A DNA stretch of 45,054 nucleotides from Acidobacteriaceae bacterium (lineage in GTDB: Bacteria > Acidobacteriota > Terriglobia > Terriglobales > Acidobacteriaceae), in contig PLKY01000383.1 of assembly GCA_003140785.1 (NCBI GenBank), positions 43,465 to 88,518 of the forward strand, given 5' to 3'. The notes beneath the pieces were generated by a model, which worked only from the letters and a program-made list of their open reading frames with translations, was not told the DNA's origin and did no database searches. The position numbers and the translations under genes are program-made. This document shows positions 1-8,821 of the stretch, in pieces; position 1 is the stretch's first letter; each line of letters begins with the position of its first letter.

Positions 1-14
1 TAGGGGAAAAGGGA

Positions 15-1205
15 ATGACAAGTTCCGAGAACGAGAAGCTGCTGCAAGCCCTGAGGGCAAACTGGCAGGCCGAGATGGAGGGTTATCACACATATACGAC
101 GCTGGCCGATCGCGATACCGACCCCGTGCGCGCTCAGGTACTGCGGCATCTGGCACAGGCGGAGCTGGAACATGCCGCCTTGTGGGCCGGCCGCATCGAG
201 CAGCTCGGGGGCCCGGCGCCGGCTTACTCCGGCAAGCCCGGCGGCGACGCGGACTCGCTGGCCAGCCGCGCCGGCGGCATCCGCATGGCCCTCCGCCGCC
301 TCGAAATCGAAGAGAGCCGCGCCATCGCCAGCTACGGTGAACAGCTCAAATCCCTCGGTGACGAGGAATCCGTCGCCATCCTCGAACACGTGATCGAAGA
401 TGAGAAGGATCACTACCGCGAACTGGGATCGCTTCTCCGCGGTCACTACACCCTTGCCGCTACCGCGCCAAAAATCGACCCCAAAGCAGTCCTTGAGGAG
501 CTGCTCGCCAAGCGGGACCAGGGCCGTAAGCAGCCCGGCGCGTGGATCGGCGATGCGATTTACGGCGTCAACGACGGTCTCGGCGCCATCTTCGGCATTG
601 TCTCCGGCGTCTCCGGCGCTACCGCCGGCAACAGCAAATATGTGCTCCTCGCCGGGCTCTCCGGCATGATTGCTTCGGCCCTCAGCATGGGTTCCGGCGC
701 CTATTTGGCCGCCAAGAGCGAACGCGAAATCTACCACGCAGAGATCGCACGCGAGCGCGAGGCGATCAAAATGAACCAGCCCGAAGCGCGTGAACTCCTC
801 TCTCTCTACTACCAGGTCAAGGGCCTGCCCGAGATGGACGCCCTGCACATGGTCAACCACATCGCCAGCGACCCCGAGCAACTGTTGCGCGCCCTTGCCA
901 GCGAGCGGCTTGGCACATCGGAAGAAGCGCTCTCGAACCCGCTCGTCTCCGCCAGCTCCGGTGCACTCTCGACAGCCATTGGCGCCACCATCCCGATCAT
1001 CCCGTTCTTCTTCATGACCGGTATTGAAGCCGTCATCGCGGCGGCCATCATCTCGCTGGCCGCGCACTTCGCCGTGGGCGCAGCCAAGAGCCTCATCACC
1101 ATCCGCTCCTGGTGGGCCTCAGGACTCGAAATGACCGTCGTTGGAGCGGTTGAAGGCGCAGTCACCTATGGCATTGGCATCCTGCTTGGCAAGGGTGGAA
1201 TGTAG
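15..1205 (+). CDS. Ferritin/rubrerythrin-like domain fused to a VIT1/CCC1 iron transporter (MbfA-like architecture)
   Basis: N-terminal di-iron E...ExxH pairs (EMEG...ELEH; EESR...EKDH). C-terminal VIT1 motifs DAIYGVNDG and ASALSMGSGAYLAAKSE, with several TM helices. Confidence 0.85.
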   Translation: MTSSENEKLLQALRANWQAEMEGYHTYTTLADRDTDPVRAQVLRHLAQAELEHAALWAGRIEQLGGPAPAYSGKPGGDADSLASRAGGIRMALRRLEIEESRAIASYGEQLKSLGDEESVAILEHVIEDEKDHYRELGSLLRGHYTLAATAPKIDPKAVLEELLAKRDQGRKQPGAWIGDAIYGVNDGLGAIFGIVSGVSGATAGNSKYVLLAGLSGMIASALSMGSGAYLAAKSEREIYHAEIAREREAIKMNQPEARELLSLYYQVKGLPEMDALHMVNHIASDPEQLLRALASERLGTSEEALSNPLVSASSGALSTAIGATIPIIPFFFMTGIEAVIAAAIISLAAHFAVGAAKSLITIRSWWASGLEMTVVGAVEGAVTYGIGILLGKGGM

Positions 1206-1879
1206 TGGGCGGCTTTATCCCGCTGGGCGATGCGTCGCGCCGCTCTAGACACTTTGCCGTTGTCACCACGCTGATCATTCTGATTAACGTTTTTGTGTTC
1301 CTTAAGGAGTTGTCGCACGGCGACACCTTTGTGTGGGCATGGTCCGCGGTCCCCATCCGAATTGTCCACGGCCACCGGTGGATCACGCTGTTGACGTCGA
1401 TGTTTATGCATGGAAGCTGGATGCACATCATCGGAAACATGATTTACCTGTGGGCCTTTGGGCGGGCGATTGAAGACGCGATGGGTTCGGGCCGGTTCCT
1501 CATCTTTTATTTGGCGGGCGGCATTGTGGCCATGATGGCACAGATTCTCGGCGACCCGTTCTCTCGCATTCCCAGCCTTGGGGCGAGCGGCGCGATTGCC
1601 GCGGTGATGGGCGCATTCATCATTACGTTTCCGCATGACCGGATTCGAACGCTGCTGATCTTTTTCTTCCTCTTTATCCGCGTTACCTACATTCCTGCAG
1701 CGTTGCTGATTGGCTTCTGGTTTCTCATGCAGGTGTTGAATATTGGCTCGGTGGCACAGGTGAGGACCGGTGGCGTTGCCTACCTCGCGCACGTCGGAGG
1801 CTTTCTTTTCGGGGTGGTCACGGCGCGGCTTTTCGTGAATCCAAGCCGGATCGCATTTCGCCCCAGCCCAAGCCTTTAG
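1205..1879 (+). CDS. Rhomboid family intramembrane serine protease
   Basis: SMFMHGSWMHIIGNM motif, GASG catalytic Ser and AHVGG catalytic His. The GTG start overlaps the upstream TAG by 1 nt. Confidence 0.92.
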   Translation: MGGFIPLGDASRRSRHFAVVTTLIILINVFVFLKELSHGDTFVWAWSAVPIRIVHGHRWITLLTSMFMHGSWMHIIGNMIYLWAFGRAIEDAMGSGRFLIFYLAGGIVAMMAQILGDPFSRIPSLGASGAIAAVMGAFIITFPHDRIRTLLIFFFLFIRVTYIPAALLIGFWFLMQVLNIGSVAQVRTGGVAYLAHVGGFLFGVVTARLFVNPSRIAFRPSPSL

Positions 1880-1911
1880 AATTGCTGCGTCTTTTTCTGC
1901 TGAGGGAATCC

Positions 1912-3687
1912 ATGTCCAAGAAACTTCTTTGCCTCCTCGTTCTCGCTGTATCTCTGCCTGTTCTTTCGTTCGCGCAGTCCGTCGGCGATATGGTGTTCGA
2001 GCGCGATGTCGCGATGAAAACGCGCGACGGCGTCACACTGAAGGCCGATATCTATCACCCCGCCGGCGATGGGACGTTCCCGGTGCTGCTGCAGCGCACG
2101 CCTTACAACAAGGACAACGAAGCGGACTTCGGGCGCAAAGCCGTTGCGCGTGGATTCATGGTGGTGGTGCAGGATGTGCGCGGCCGCTACAACTCTGAAG
2201 GCGAGTGGTACACCTTCAAACACGAGATTGACGACGGCTACGACACTGTGGAGTGGGCCGCGGCGCTGCCGCACTCGAATGGCAAGGTCGGCATGTTTGG
2301 CGGATCGTATGTGGGCGCAACGCAGATGCTCGCTGCCATCGGCCATCCGCCGCATCTCGCGGGAATTTGTCCTGTGGTGACGGCGTCGAATTATCACGAG
2401 AACTGGACCTACCAGGGCGGGGCGTTCGAGCAGTGGTTCGACGAATCGTGGACTTCGGGTTTGGCGCAGGACACCTTCAACCGTGTGATCCGCGACGACT
2501 CGAATGCGGTGCTCGGGGATCGAGTGTTGCCACTGACTGATTTTCCCGTCTTCAATCTCAAGCCGGTTGCCAGCGGCTCACAGTTGACACACGAACTCGC
2601 ACCCTACTTCCTCGATTGGCTCGCCCATCCGACCTACGACAGCTATTGGAAGCAGTGGTCGATTGAAGAGAATTATCAGAATATTCAGGTGCCTGCGCTC
2701 ACGATTGCTGCGTGGTACGACATTTTCCAGGGTGGCTCGCTGCGGAATTTTATCGGGCTGAAGGAACACGCAGGGAGTGAAACGGCACGGAGTGCCCAGC
2801 GCCTGCTCATCTCCATCGGAGGCCATGCCGGAGGCGGCCGCAAGATCGGTGACGTCGACTTCGGCGCTGCAGCAGTGGACTTCGACACGAATACGGTTAC
2901 GCTCGATTGGTACGACTATTTGTTCCTGGGTAAGCAGAACGAATTTGCCGGCAAGAATCCGGTGCGTATTTTTGTGATGGGGAAAAACGAGTGGCGCGAT
3001 GAGCCTGCTTGGCCCCTGGCTCGCGCGAAGCAGACCAGCTATTTTCTGCATTCCGCGGGAACGGCAAACAGCGCTTCGGGCGATGGGACGCTTTCGACGG
3101 CAACTCCGCAAAAGGACGCTGCCGATAACTTCATCTACGATCCGGCGAATCCCGTGCCGACTGTCGGCGGGCCGCTGTGCTGCGATTCGGCTCATTTGGT
3201 TCCCGGCCCGCGCGACCAGAAAGAGGTGGAAGCGAGGCCCGATGTGCTTGTCTATTCCACGCCGCCGCTGGATCGGGATCTCGAAGTCACGGGTCCTGTG
3301 ATGCTCGATCTCTACGCGGAATCATCGGCCGTCGATACGGACTTTACCGCCAAGCTGGTCGACGTGTGGCCGAATGGATTCTCGCAGAATCTGACGGAAG
3401 GAATTCTGCGCGCACGCTTCCGCGAATCCACGGTCGGAGAACCGAAAACGATTTCGCCGGGCCAGATCTACGAGTACAAGATCGATCTCTGGTCCACGAG
3501 CAATGTGTTCCTGAAAGGCCACCGCATTCGGCTCGAAGTCTCCAGCAGCAACTTCCCGCGCTTCGATCGCAATCTGAACACGGGAAAGAGCGCGGGGGAT
3601 AGCTCTGACTTCGTGAAGGCGACGAATACCGTTCTGCATGACGACGAGCATCCGAGCGCGCTGAATTTGCCAGTAGTGCCAAAGTAA
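1912..3687 (+). CDS. CocE/NonD family (peptidase S15-like) exported hydrolase
   Basis: Signal peptide from ATG 1912 (GAGGG upstream); motifs RDGVTL, RTPY, GGSYVG nucleophile elbow and SSNFPRFDRN. Confidence 0.9.
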   Translation: MSKKLLCLLVLAVSLPVLSFAQSVGDMVFERDVAMKTRDGVTLKADIYHPAGDGTFPVLLQRTPYNKDNEADFGRKAVARGFMVVVQDVRGRYNSEGEWYTFKHEIDDGYDTVEWAAALPHSNGKVGMFGGSYVGATQMLAAIGHPPHLAGICPVVTASNYHENWTYQGGAFEQWFDESWTSGLAQDTFNRVIRDDSNAVLGDRVLPLTDFPVFNLKPVASGSQLTHELAPYFLDWLAHPTYDSYWKQWSIEENYQNIQVPALTIAAWYDIFQGGSLRNFIGLKEHAGSETARSAQRLLISIGGHAGGGRKIGDVDFGAAAVDFDTNTVTLDWYDYLFLGKQNEFAGKNPVRIFVMGKNEWRDEPAWPLARAKQTSYFLHSAGTANSASGDGTLSTATPQKDAADNFIYDPANPVPTVGGPLCCDSAHLVPGPRDQKEVEARPDVLVYSTPPLDRDLEVTGPVMLDLYAESSAVDTDFTAKLVDVWPNGFSQNLTEGILRARFRESTVGEPKTISPGQIYEYKIDLWSTSNVFLKGHRIRLEVSSSNFPRFDRNLNTGKSAGDSSDFVKATNTVLHDDEHPSALNLPVVPK

Positions 3688-3724
3688 CCGCGGAAGAACG
3701 AAGATCAGCAGATTAGCTGACCCG

Positions 3725-5239
3725 CTAACTCGCCAACTCACTCACCGGCGAGCTGGCTGACTCGCCGACTTCCGCTCGGCTCGCTAGCAATTCTTTCGCG
3801 GCCTGCCTGCCCAGCCGAATGCAATCGGGAATACCGATGCCATCGTAGGCGTTTCCTGCCAGCCACAAGTCATCGAGCTCTGCGACGCGCGCCTGAATTC
3901 TCTCGATCCGCTCCTGGTGCCCGACGGCATATTGCGCCATGGCTCGCCGCCAACGCGAAACCTGCGTGTGCTCGGGCATTGCATCGCGGTCAATGACTCT
4001 TTCCCCAAGAATTGAAGTCAACTCGCGCCGCACCGCCGCCACCAGCGCTTCGTCGCTCTCCGCCATCAGCGCTTCGTTCTTCATGCCGCCCAGAAACGCG
4101 CGCAGCACAACCTTCCCCGTCGGCGTTCGGCCCAGGAATTTCCGATGCACGAAGGTGCAGGCCAGCATGGCGCGGCCTTCGCTCGCGGGGACCAGGAATC
4201 CGAATCCATCCGGAAGATCTCCAAGCTGCGATTCGTCATAGAGCAGGTTGACCGTGATCGACGACGAGTATGGGATGCCCGCAAGCTCTTCGCCAAGCGC
4301 AGGATCGACGCCGCTTAGCAGTGCGCTCGCGGCCCACGCTGGCGAGGCCAGAATCACAGCGTCGTACGATTCGTGCGACCCGCGCGCTGTCACCCTCCAC
4401 CCGCTCTGCGTCTTCTCGAGGGCCGTCACGGGTGTGGATCGCCGCACCCAACTTGGCTCCAGGCACGCTTCCACGGCATCCACCAACTGTTGCATCCCGC
4501 CGCGCAATGTGGTGAAGACGCCGCGCGGCCTCCGCCTCCCGTTGTCTGGAACGGGAGCGGAACCGGGCGCGCCTGAGGCTGCCTTTTTCTGTGCCTCGGC
4601 GCGGGCGCGCATCTGCCGGTGCGCAGCCAGCATGCCCCGCGTGAGGGAGCCGTACTCCGTCTCCATCTCGACCAGGCGCGGCAGCACGGTTCGAGCGCTT
4701 AACTGCGTTGCATCGCCGCCAAAAATCCCTGAGAGCAGCGGGTCGGCAAGCCGCTCGACTGCTTCGGCGCCAAAATGCCTCTCCACCAGCGCCGCTACCG
4801 ATTCGTCCTGGCCGCTTGGCCGCGGAGGATGCAGCAATTCCAGCCCCATACGGATCTTTGTCGACAGGCTGAAGAGCCGCGTCATTGCGGTTGGAATCAG
4901 CTTGGTCGGCACCAGAAACATCAGCCCGTCGGGCAGGGGAACCAGCCTATTCCGCACCACCACGTAGGTCTTGCGCTCCTCGTCATTCGAGGGCGTCAGC
5001 TGATCCGCCAAGCCAAGCTCGCGGCATAACTCGGCTGCCGCGGGCTTCTCGCTCAAAAACGAATCCGGACCATACTCCAGCACCGCGCCGTTCACGATCT
5101 CCGACGACAGCGTTCCGCCGAGGCGCGCCTGCGCTTCGTACAGCGTGTACTCAATGTCCGCGCCGGCCGCGCGCGCCTTTTCGAGTTCATAGGCAGCTGC
5201 CAGCCCTGCAACGCCGCCGCCAATGATCGCTGTCCGCAT
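3725..5239 (-). CDS. hemY: HemY-type (copro/proto)porphyrinogen oxidase
   Basis: MRTAIIGGGVAGL FAD-binding start, GPDSFL, GFGFLVP and C-terminal AGNAYDGIGIPDCI. Start placed at ATG 5239; GTG 5245 is an alternative. Confidence 0.9.
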   Translation of the reverse strand: MRTAIIGGGVAGLAAAYELEKARAAGADIEYTLYEAQARLGGTLSSEIVNGAVLEYGPDSFLSEKPAAAELCRELGLADQLTPSNDEERKTYVVVRNRLVPLPDGLMFLVPTKLIPTAMTRLFSLSTKIRMGLELLHPPRPSGQDESVAALVERHFGAEAVERLADPLLSGIFGGDATQLSARTVLPRLVEMETEYGSLTRGMLAAHRQMRARAEAQKKAASGAPGSAPVPDNGRRRPRGVFTTLRGGMQQLVDAVEACLEPSWVRRSTPVTALEKTQSGWRVTARGSHESYDAVILASPAWAASALLSGVDPALGEELAGIPYSSSITVNLLYDESQLGDLPDGFGFLVPASEGRAMLACTFVHRKFLGRTPTGKVVLRAFLGGMKNEALMAESDEALVAAVRRELTSILGERVIDRDAMPEHTQVSRWRRAMAQYAVGHQERIERIQARVAELDDLWLAGNAYDGIGIPDCIRLGRQAAKELLASRAEVGESASSPVSELAS

Positions 5240-5355
5240 CGTCACCGCACCTATCGAGATCGGTCTCGCACTACTCTCTACCGAAAACATATCCAGCCGT
5301 CCCGTGAAATTCCAGGTGCCGCTCTTTTTAGATTCAACCCGCGTCGGCCGGTTGC

Positions 5356-5373
5356 GAGTGATTTGAGTCACTC
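5356..5373. promoter_or_regulatory. Palindrome GAGTGA-TTTGAG-TCACTC (CRP/FNR-family-like operator) upstream of hemY
   Basis: Perfect 6-bp inverted repeat with a 6-nt spacer and GTGA-N6-TCAC core. It lies just downstream of an extended -10-like TGGTATAAG (5388-5380, minus strand). Confidence 0.55.
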
Positions 5374-5472
5374 ACGATGCTTATACCATCTTCCCGCGCA
5401 TAGCACCCAGCCGACGAGAAACCGTGGTTCCGTCTCTGGCTGGCTAAACTACTCCGTATCGCGCATCTGTGC

Positions 5473-5522
5473 AAAAGAAAAAGCAGGCGAGCTGCGCTTT
5501 TTGCGCTTGTGCTCGCCTGCTT
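5473..5522 (-). terminator. Rho-independent terminator after the radical SAM gene
   Basis: 12-bp inverted repeat AAGCAGGCGAGC (5481-5492)/GCTCGCCTGCTT (5511-5522), followed on the minus strand by TTTCTTTT. Confidence 0.8.
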
Positions 5523-5573
5523 ACGGGACTCAGAATTCTCGATGGGCCCTCGCCCTCGGCTCGCAGAGTTTTT

Positions 5574-6773
5574 CTACAACGTCACGAGCGTCTCGGCAAA
5601 CTCCTTGGGGCCTACACAGGCGCACTCTTCCTCCGCAAGAGGAACCCAGTTTTTCGGCTGATAAATGCAGCAAGGTTCCTGTGCCAGCGGATCGCCGGTC
5701 AGCGCGTAAGCACGCGCCCTTGAACCGCCGCAGATTTCCTTGTATTCACATGCTCCGCACTTGCCCTCCAGGCGGCTGGTGTTGCGAAGAGCTTTAAAGA
5801 TGGGTGCATTGCGATAGATATCCGCAAGCGGTGTCTCGCGGATATTGCCCGCATGAATCGGTAGAAACCCACTGGGGTAAACGTTCCCCATGTGCGAGAC
5901 AAATAGGAATCCTTTGCCGTCATTCACGCGCCGCGTCGCCCAACCCGCGGTGCGCGTCTGCGCATCAGCCTGCGGCGCGCCTGCCTCGTACTCGTGCGGC
6001 GTTGCGTGAGGATGCCCATGCCCCATGCGCTTCTCTTCGAGGTTATGTTGCAACAGATAGCGGCGGTAGTGCATGGCCTCTGTGGTTTTGATCTGGAAGT
6101 TCACACGGTGTGAAAGCTCGTAGATCTTGCCGAAGACTTGTTCGAATTCTTCGCCGCTCAGCAGATCGCCCAACTGCCCGCGACCGACGGGGACGAGAAA
6201 GAAAACGTTCCACATGACGATGGCCAGCTTTTCAAACAACGCGCACAGGCCGTCGAGATCGTGTGCATTGTGCCGGCTTATGGTGGTGTGCACCTGGATA
6301 GGAATGCCCGCCTCGTTGGCCCACTGGATGGCCTGGACGGTGCGCTCCCAGGTGCCGGGAATGCCGCGGATGGAGTCGTGAATCTCGGGGACGGAGCCGT
6401 CGAGGGAGACGGCGAGGCGCGAGAGGCCGGAGTCCTTCATGCGGAAGATGGCGTCGCGGGTGAGGAGCGGCGTGCCGCTTGGGGTGAGCGCGGCATGGAC
6501 GCCTTTGCCGGCAGCGTGGCGGATGAGCTCAAAAATGTCGGGGCGCTTGAGGGGATCGCCGCCGGTGAAGACGAAGAGCGGGACCTGGAGGTCGGCGATC
6601 TGGTCGATGAGGTTCATGGCCTCGCCGGTATTGAGCTGGCTGGGGTGAGCCAGGGGCTGCGCGGAGGCGCGGCAATGCTTGCACGAGAGGTCACACGCCT
6701 GCGTCGTTTCCCAGATGGCGAGAAAGGGCGCGCGGTTGTAGTCGAGGGTAGTCATGGCCTGGCGGATGTCCAT
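5574..6773 (-). CDS. Radical SAM/SPASM protein, NirJ/AhbD-like (TIGR04053-type)
   Basis: WETTQACDLSCKHC (CxxxCxxC), TGGDPL and SLDG. SPASM-like CGACEYKEICGGSRARA and VYPSGFLP, with Cys-to-Ser substitutions. Adjacent to hemY. Confidence 0.85.
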   Translation of the reverse strand: MDIRQAMTTLDYNRAPFLAIWETTQACDLSCKHCRASAQPLAHPSQLNTGEAMNLIDQIADLQVPLFVFTGGDPLKRPDIFELIRHAAGKGVHAALTPSGTPLLTRDAIFRMKDSGLSRLAVSLDGSVPEIHDSIRGIPGTWERTVQAIQWANEAGIPIQVHTTISRHNAHDLDGLCALFEKLAIVMWNVFFLVPVGRGQLGDLLSGEEFEQVFGKIYELSHRVNFQIKTTEAMHYRRYLLQHNLEEKRMGHGHPHATPHEYEAGAPQADAQTRTAGWATRRVNDGKGFLFVSHMGNVYPSGFLPIHAGNIRETPLADIYRNAPIFKALRNTSRLEGKCGACEYKEICGGSRARAYALTGDPLAQEPCCIYQPKNWVPLAEEECACVGPKEFAETLVTL

Positions 6774-6807
6774 GGAATCAGGGTTGCAGGAGGTGGGTGG
6801 GGTGGGA

Positions 6808-6823
6808 TGTGATGGGAGTCACA
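6808..6823. promoter_or_regulatory. Perfect CRP-consensus site TGTGA-TGGGAG-TCACA upstream of the radical SAM gene
   Basis: Exact TGTGA-N6-TCACA, centred about 42 nt upstream of ATG 6773. Confidence 0.65.
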
Positions 6824-6833
6824 AATGCACGAG

Positions 6834-6905
6834 GAGCTAAACAGCGGTCGGCTAAGAACCGGGCAGCTAAACGGGCAGCAAGGAACCGGTCAGCAGCGAA
6901 GCGGT
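6834..6905. repeat. Degenerate ~15-bp tandem repeat (consensus CAGCTAAGAACCGGT), about 5 units
   Basis: Units: gagctaaacagcggt / cggctaagaaccggg / cagctaaacggg / cagcaaggaaccggt / cagcagcgaagcggt. Confidence 0.6.
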
Positions 6906-6922
6906 CGACGAAATAGCGTGGA

Positions 6923-7672
6923 TCAGGGCTCGGAACCCCCGGGCGACGATCGCCAGTTGCTGCGGAGCTCCTCGCTGGTTCGTCTCAACTCCGCTGCGTC
7001 TTCTGCAGAGATGGAGCCGCCGAGAGAGAGGAGCGTGATCTTTTTATCCAGCTGTGCCAACTTTTCGCGGAGGGTCGCGACGTCGGCTTCGAGCTGGAGG
7101 AGGCGGTCGTGGTCCAGGAATCGGGGGGCCGCGGCGGCGGAGTCTGCGGTGGCTGCTGCGCTGGTCAGCAGGGAAGTGTCGGGTTCGCCGGAGAGCAGGT
7201 GGGCATAGCGAATCTCGCGTGAGCCGGGTTGACGTGGAAGAGACGCGACGAGGGCGGGTTCGCGCTGCATCATTTTGTCGAGGACGGAGAGGACGTCGTC
7301 GAGTTCCTCGAAACGATGCATGCGCTCGGTGCGGCCGCGCAGCTCGCCGGGGGTTTGGGGTCCTCGGAGGAGGAGAACGCAGAGGACGGCGTTTTCGCCG
7401 CGGGTGAGGTTGAGGACTTCCTGGAGGCGATGCTCGTATTTGGTGACGCGGCTGTCGTGGATGGCGGCGGCGAGCTGATCGTCCTGGAGGCGGTGCACGG
7501 CCTGACGGACCTCATCCTCATTGAGCTGCATGACGGGCTCGCGGTTGTTCTTCTGATTGCAGGCGTTGACTAGCGCGTTGAGCGAGAGCGGGTAGTACTC
7601 AGGGGTGGTGGCTTCTTTTTCGAGGAGGGCGCCGAGGATACGGGCTTCGATCGGGGTGAGGAGGATGGTCAT
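6923..7672 (-). CDS. YceH family (DUF480) protein
   Basis: EARILGALLEKEATTPEYYPLSLNALVNACNQK and LLLRGPQTPGELR motifs; C-terminal coiled coil. Confidence 0.9.
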   Translation of the reverse strand: MTILLTPIEARILGALLEKEATTPEYYPLSLNALVNACNQKNNREPVMQLNEDEVRQAVHRLQDDQLAAAIHDSRVTKYEHRLQEVLNLTRGENAVLCVLLLRGPQTPGELRGRTERMHRFEELDDVLSVLDKMMQREPALVASLPRQPGSREIRYAHLLSGEPDTSLLTSAAATADSAAAAPRFLDHDRLLQLEADVATLREKLAQLDKKITLLSLGGSISAEDAAELRRTSEELRSNWRSSPGGSEP

Positions 7673-7764
7673 GAGTGAGTCTCGGGGCGGATCAGGGACG
7701 TTCCGAGTTTACGGCATGCTTCTGGCGCCGGTGAACGCTGCGGCGTGGCAGAGATAAGAGGGTG

Positions 7765-8637
7765 TCAGGCGGCGAGACGGTGGCTCAGGACTGCGAGTTC
7801 GCGAATGTAGCCGGCCAGACTGCGGGGTTCGCGCTGGAGGACTTCGCGGAGGACGAGCGCGTTGCCGCCGGGGAAACCGTGGCGGTCGTAGTCCTCGTAG
7901 AGGTTGCGCATGCCGATTCGCTTTGGGCCTGGGGGCAGGCCAGCGGTTTTGGCCCACTCGTGGAAGGGAATTTCGACGGCCTTCACAGGGAAGCCCAGAG
8001 TCTCTGCCATCAACGCGGCTACATCGGCAGGGCTGAACATGCCGGGCGCGCACAACTCGAAGGTGCCATAGTCGAGGCGATTGGTGGAGAAGGCGATGGC
8101 TGCGGCTTTGGCGATGTCGCGGTAATCGACGTAACAGACGCGGGCGCGGATCGAGTAGGGAACTGCGAAGCGGCCGAGGCGGAGGACTTCGCCCCAGGCG
8201 CCGTCGATGGTCTGCATGAATCGGGCGGGCTGGAGGACGGTGAAGTTCATGCCGGACTGGTAGAGGACCTCTTCGACGGGGAGCTTGGAGGCGTGGTTGC
8301 TGAGGCCGAGGATGGAGGGGTGGATGATGCCGGAGAAGACAAATCTCCGAACGCCGGCGGAGCGCGCGGCTTCGAGCATGGCGATGCCCATGGCGAATTC
8401 GTTGGGGGCGAAGGAGGGATTGATGTGGAAGATGCCGTCGACACCTTTGACGGCGTGGCGCAGGCTGGCGGGATTTTCAAGATCGCCGAGGGCGATCTCG
8501 TCGGCGCCATGAGCGAGCGCGTCGTGCTGCTGGTTCTCGTCGCGGATGAGGGCACGGACGGAGATGCCCCGGCTGCGAAGCTCGGGAACGACCAGTGAAG
8601 CGAATTGTCCGGTGACGCCGACCGCGAGGACCTTCAT
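7765..8637 (-). CDS. NmrA-like/atypical SDR NAD(P)-binding protein
   Basis: N-terminal Rossmann GVTGQFA, then HASKLPVEE, FTVLQPARFMQ and VDYRDIA. Confidence 0.85.
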   Translation of the reverse strand: MKVLAVGVTGQFASLVVPELRSRGISVRALIRDENQQHDALAHGADEIALGDLENPASLRHAVKGVDGIFHINPSFAPNEFAMGIAMLEAARSAGVRRFVFSGIIHPSILGLSNHASKLPVEEVLYQSGMNFTVLQPARFMQTIDGAWGEVLRLGRFAVPYSIRARVCYVDYRDIAKAAAIAFSTNRLDYGTFELCAPGMFSPADVAALMAETLGFPVKAVEIPFHEWAKTAGLPPGPKRIGMRNLYEDYDRHGFPGGNALVLREVLQREPRSLAGYIRELAVLSHRLAA

Positions 8638-8808
8638 CAGATGCTCCTGCCTGGTTCTGCTGCCTGGTTAGACGCTATTGCGGGCAGGGTTGATGGGGGG
8701 GATGACCCGAAGGTGGCAGGCGAAAAGGAATCTGGTTTGCCAACTGGAGCACGCGCCAATGGAACGCGGATGGCGCGAGCTGGCGGCGGACGGGAGGGTT
8801 GTTCACGG

Positions 8809-8814
8809 TATAAT
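8809..8814 (+). promoter_or_regulatory. Consensus -10 box (TATAAT), probable leaderless ispH promoter
   Basis: TATAAT lies 7 nt before GTG 8822 in a GC-rich background, with no Shine-Dalgarno in between. Confidence 0.55.
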
Positions 8815-8821
8815 AAAGAAC

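Noticed and set aside
5240-5371. N-terminal extensions in the ORF track for hemY (also ispH 8678, dcd 20191, TPR 40400, DsbA 44108)
   Set aside because: Family similarity or signal peptides begin at downstream starts, and the extensions overlap promoter-like sequence or neighbouring genes.
6834-6905. Short repeats as a CRISPR array
   Set aside because: The units are ~15 bp, degenerate and directly abutting, with no unique spacers and no cas genes.
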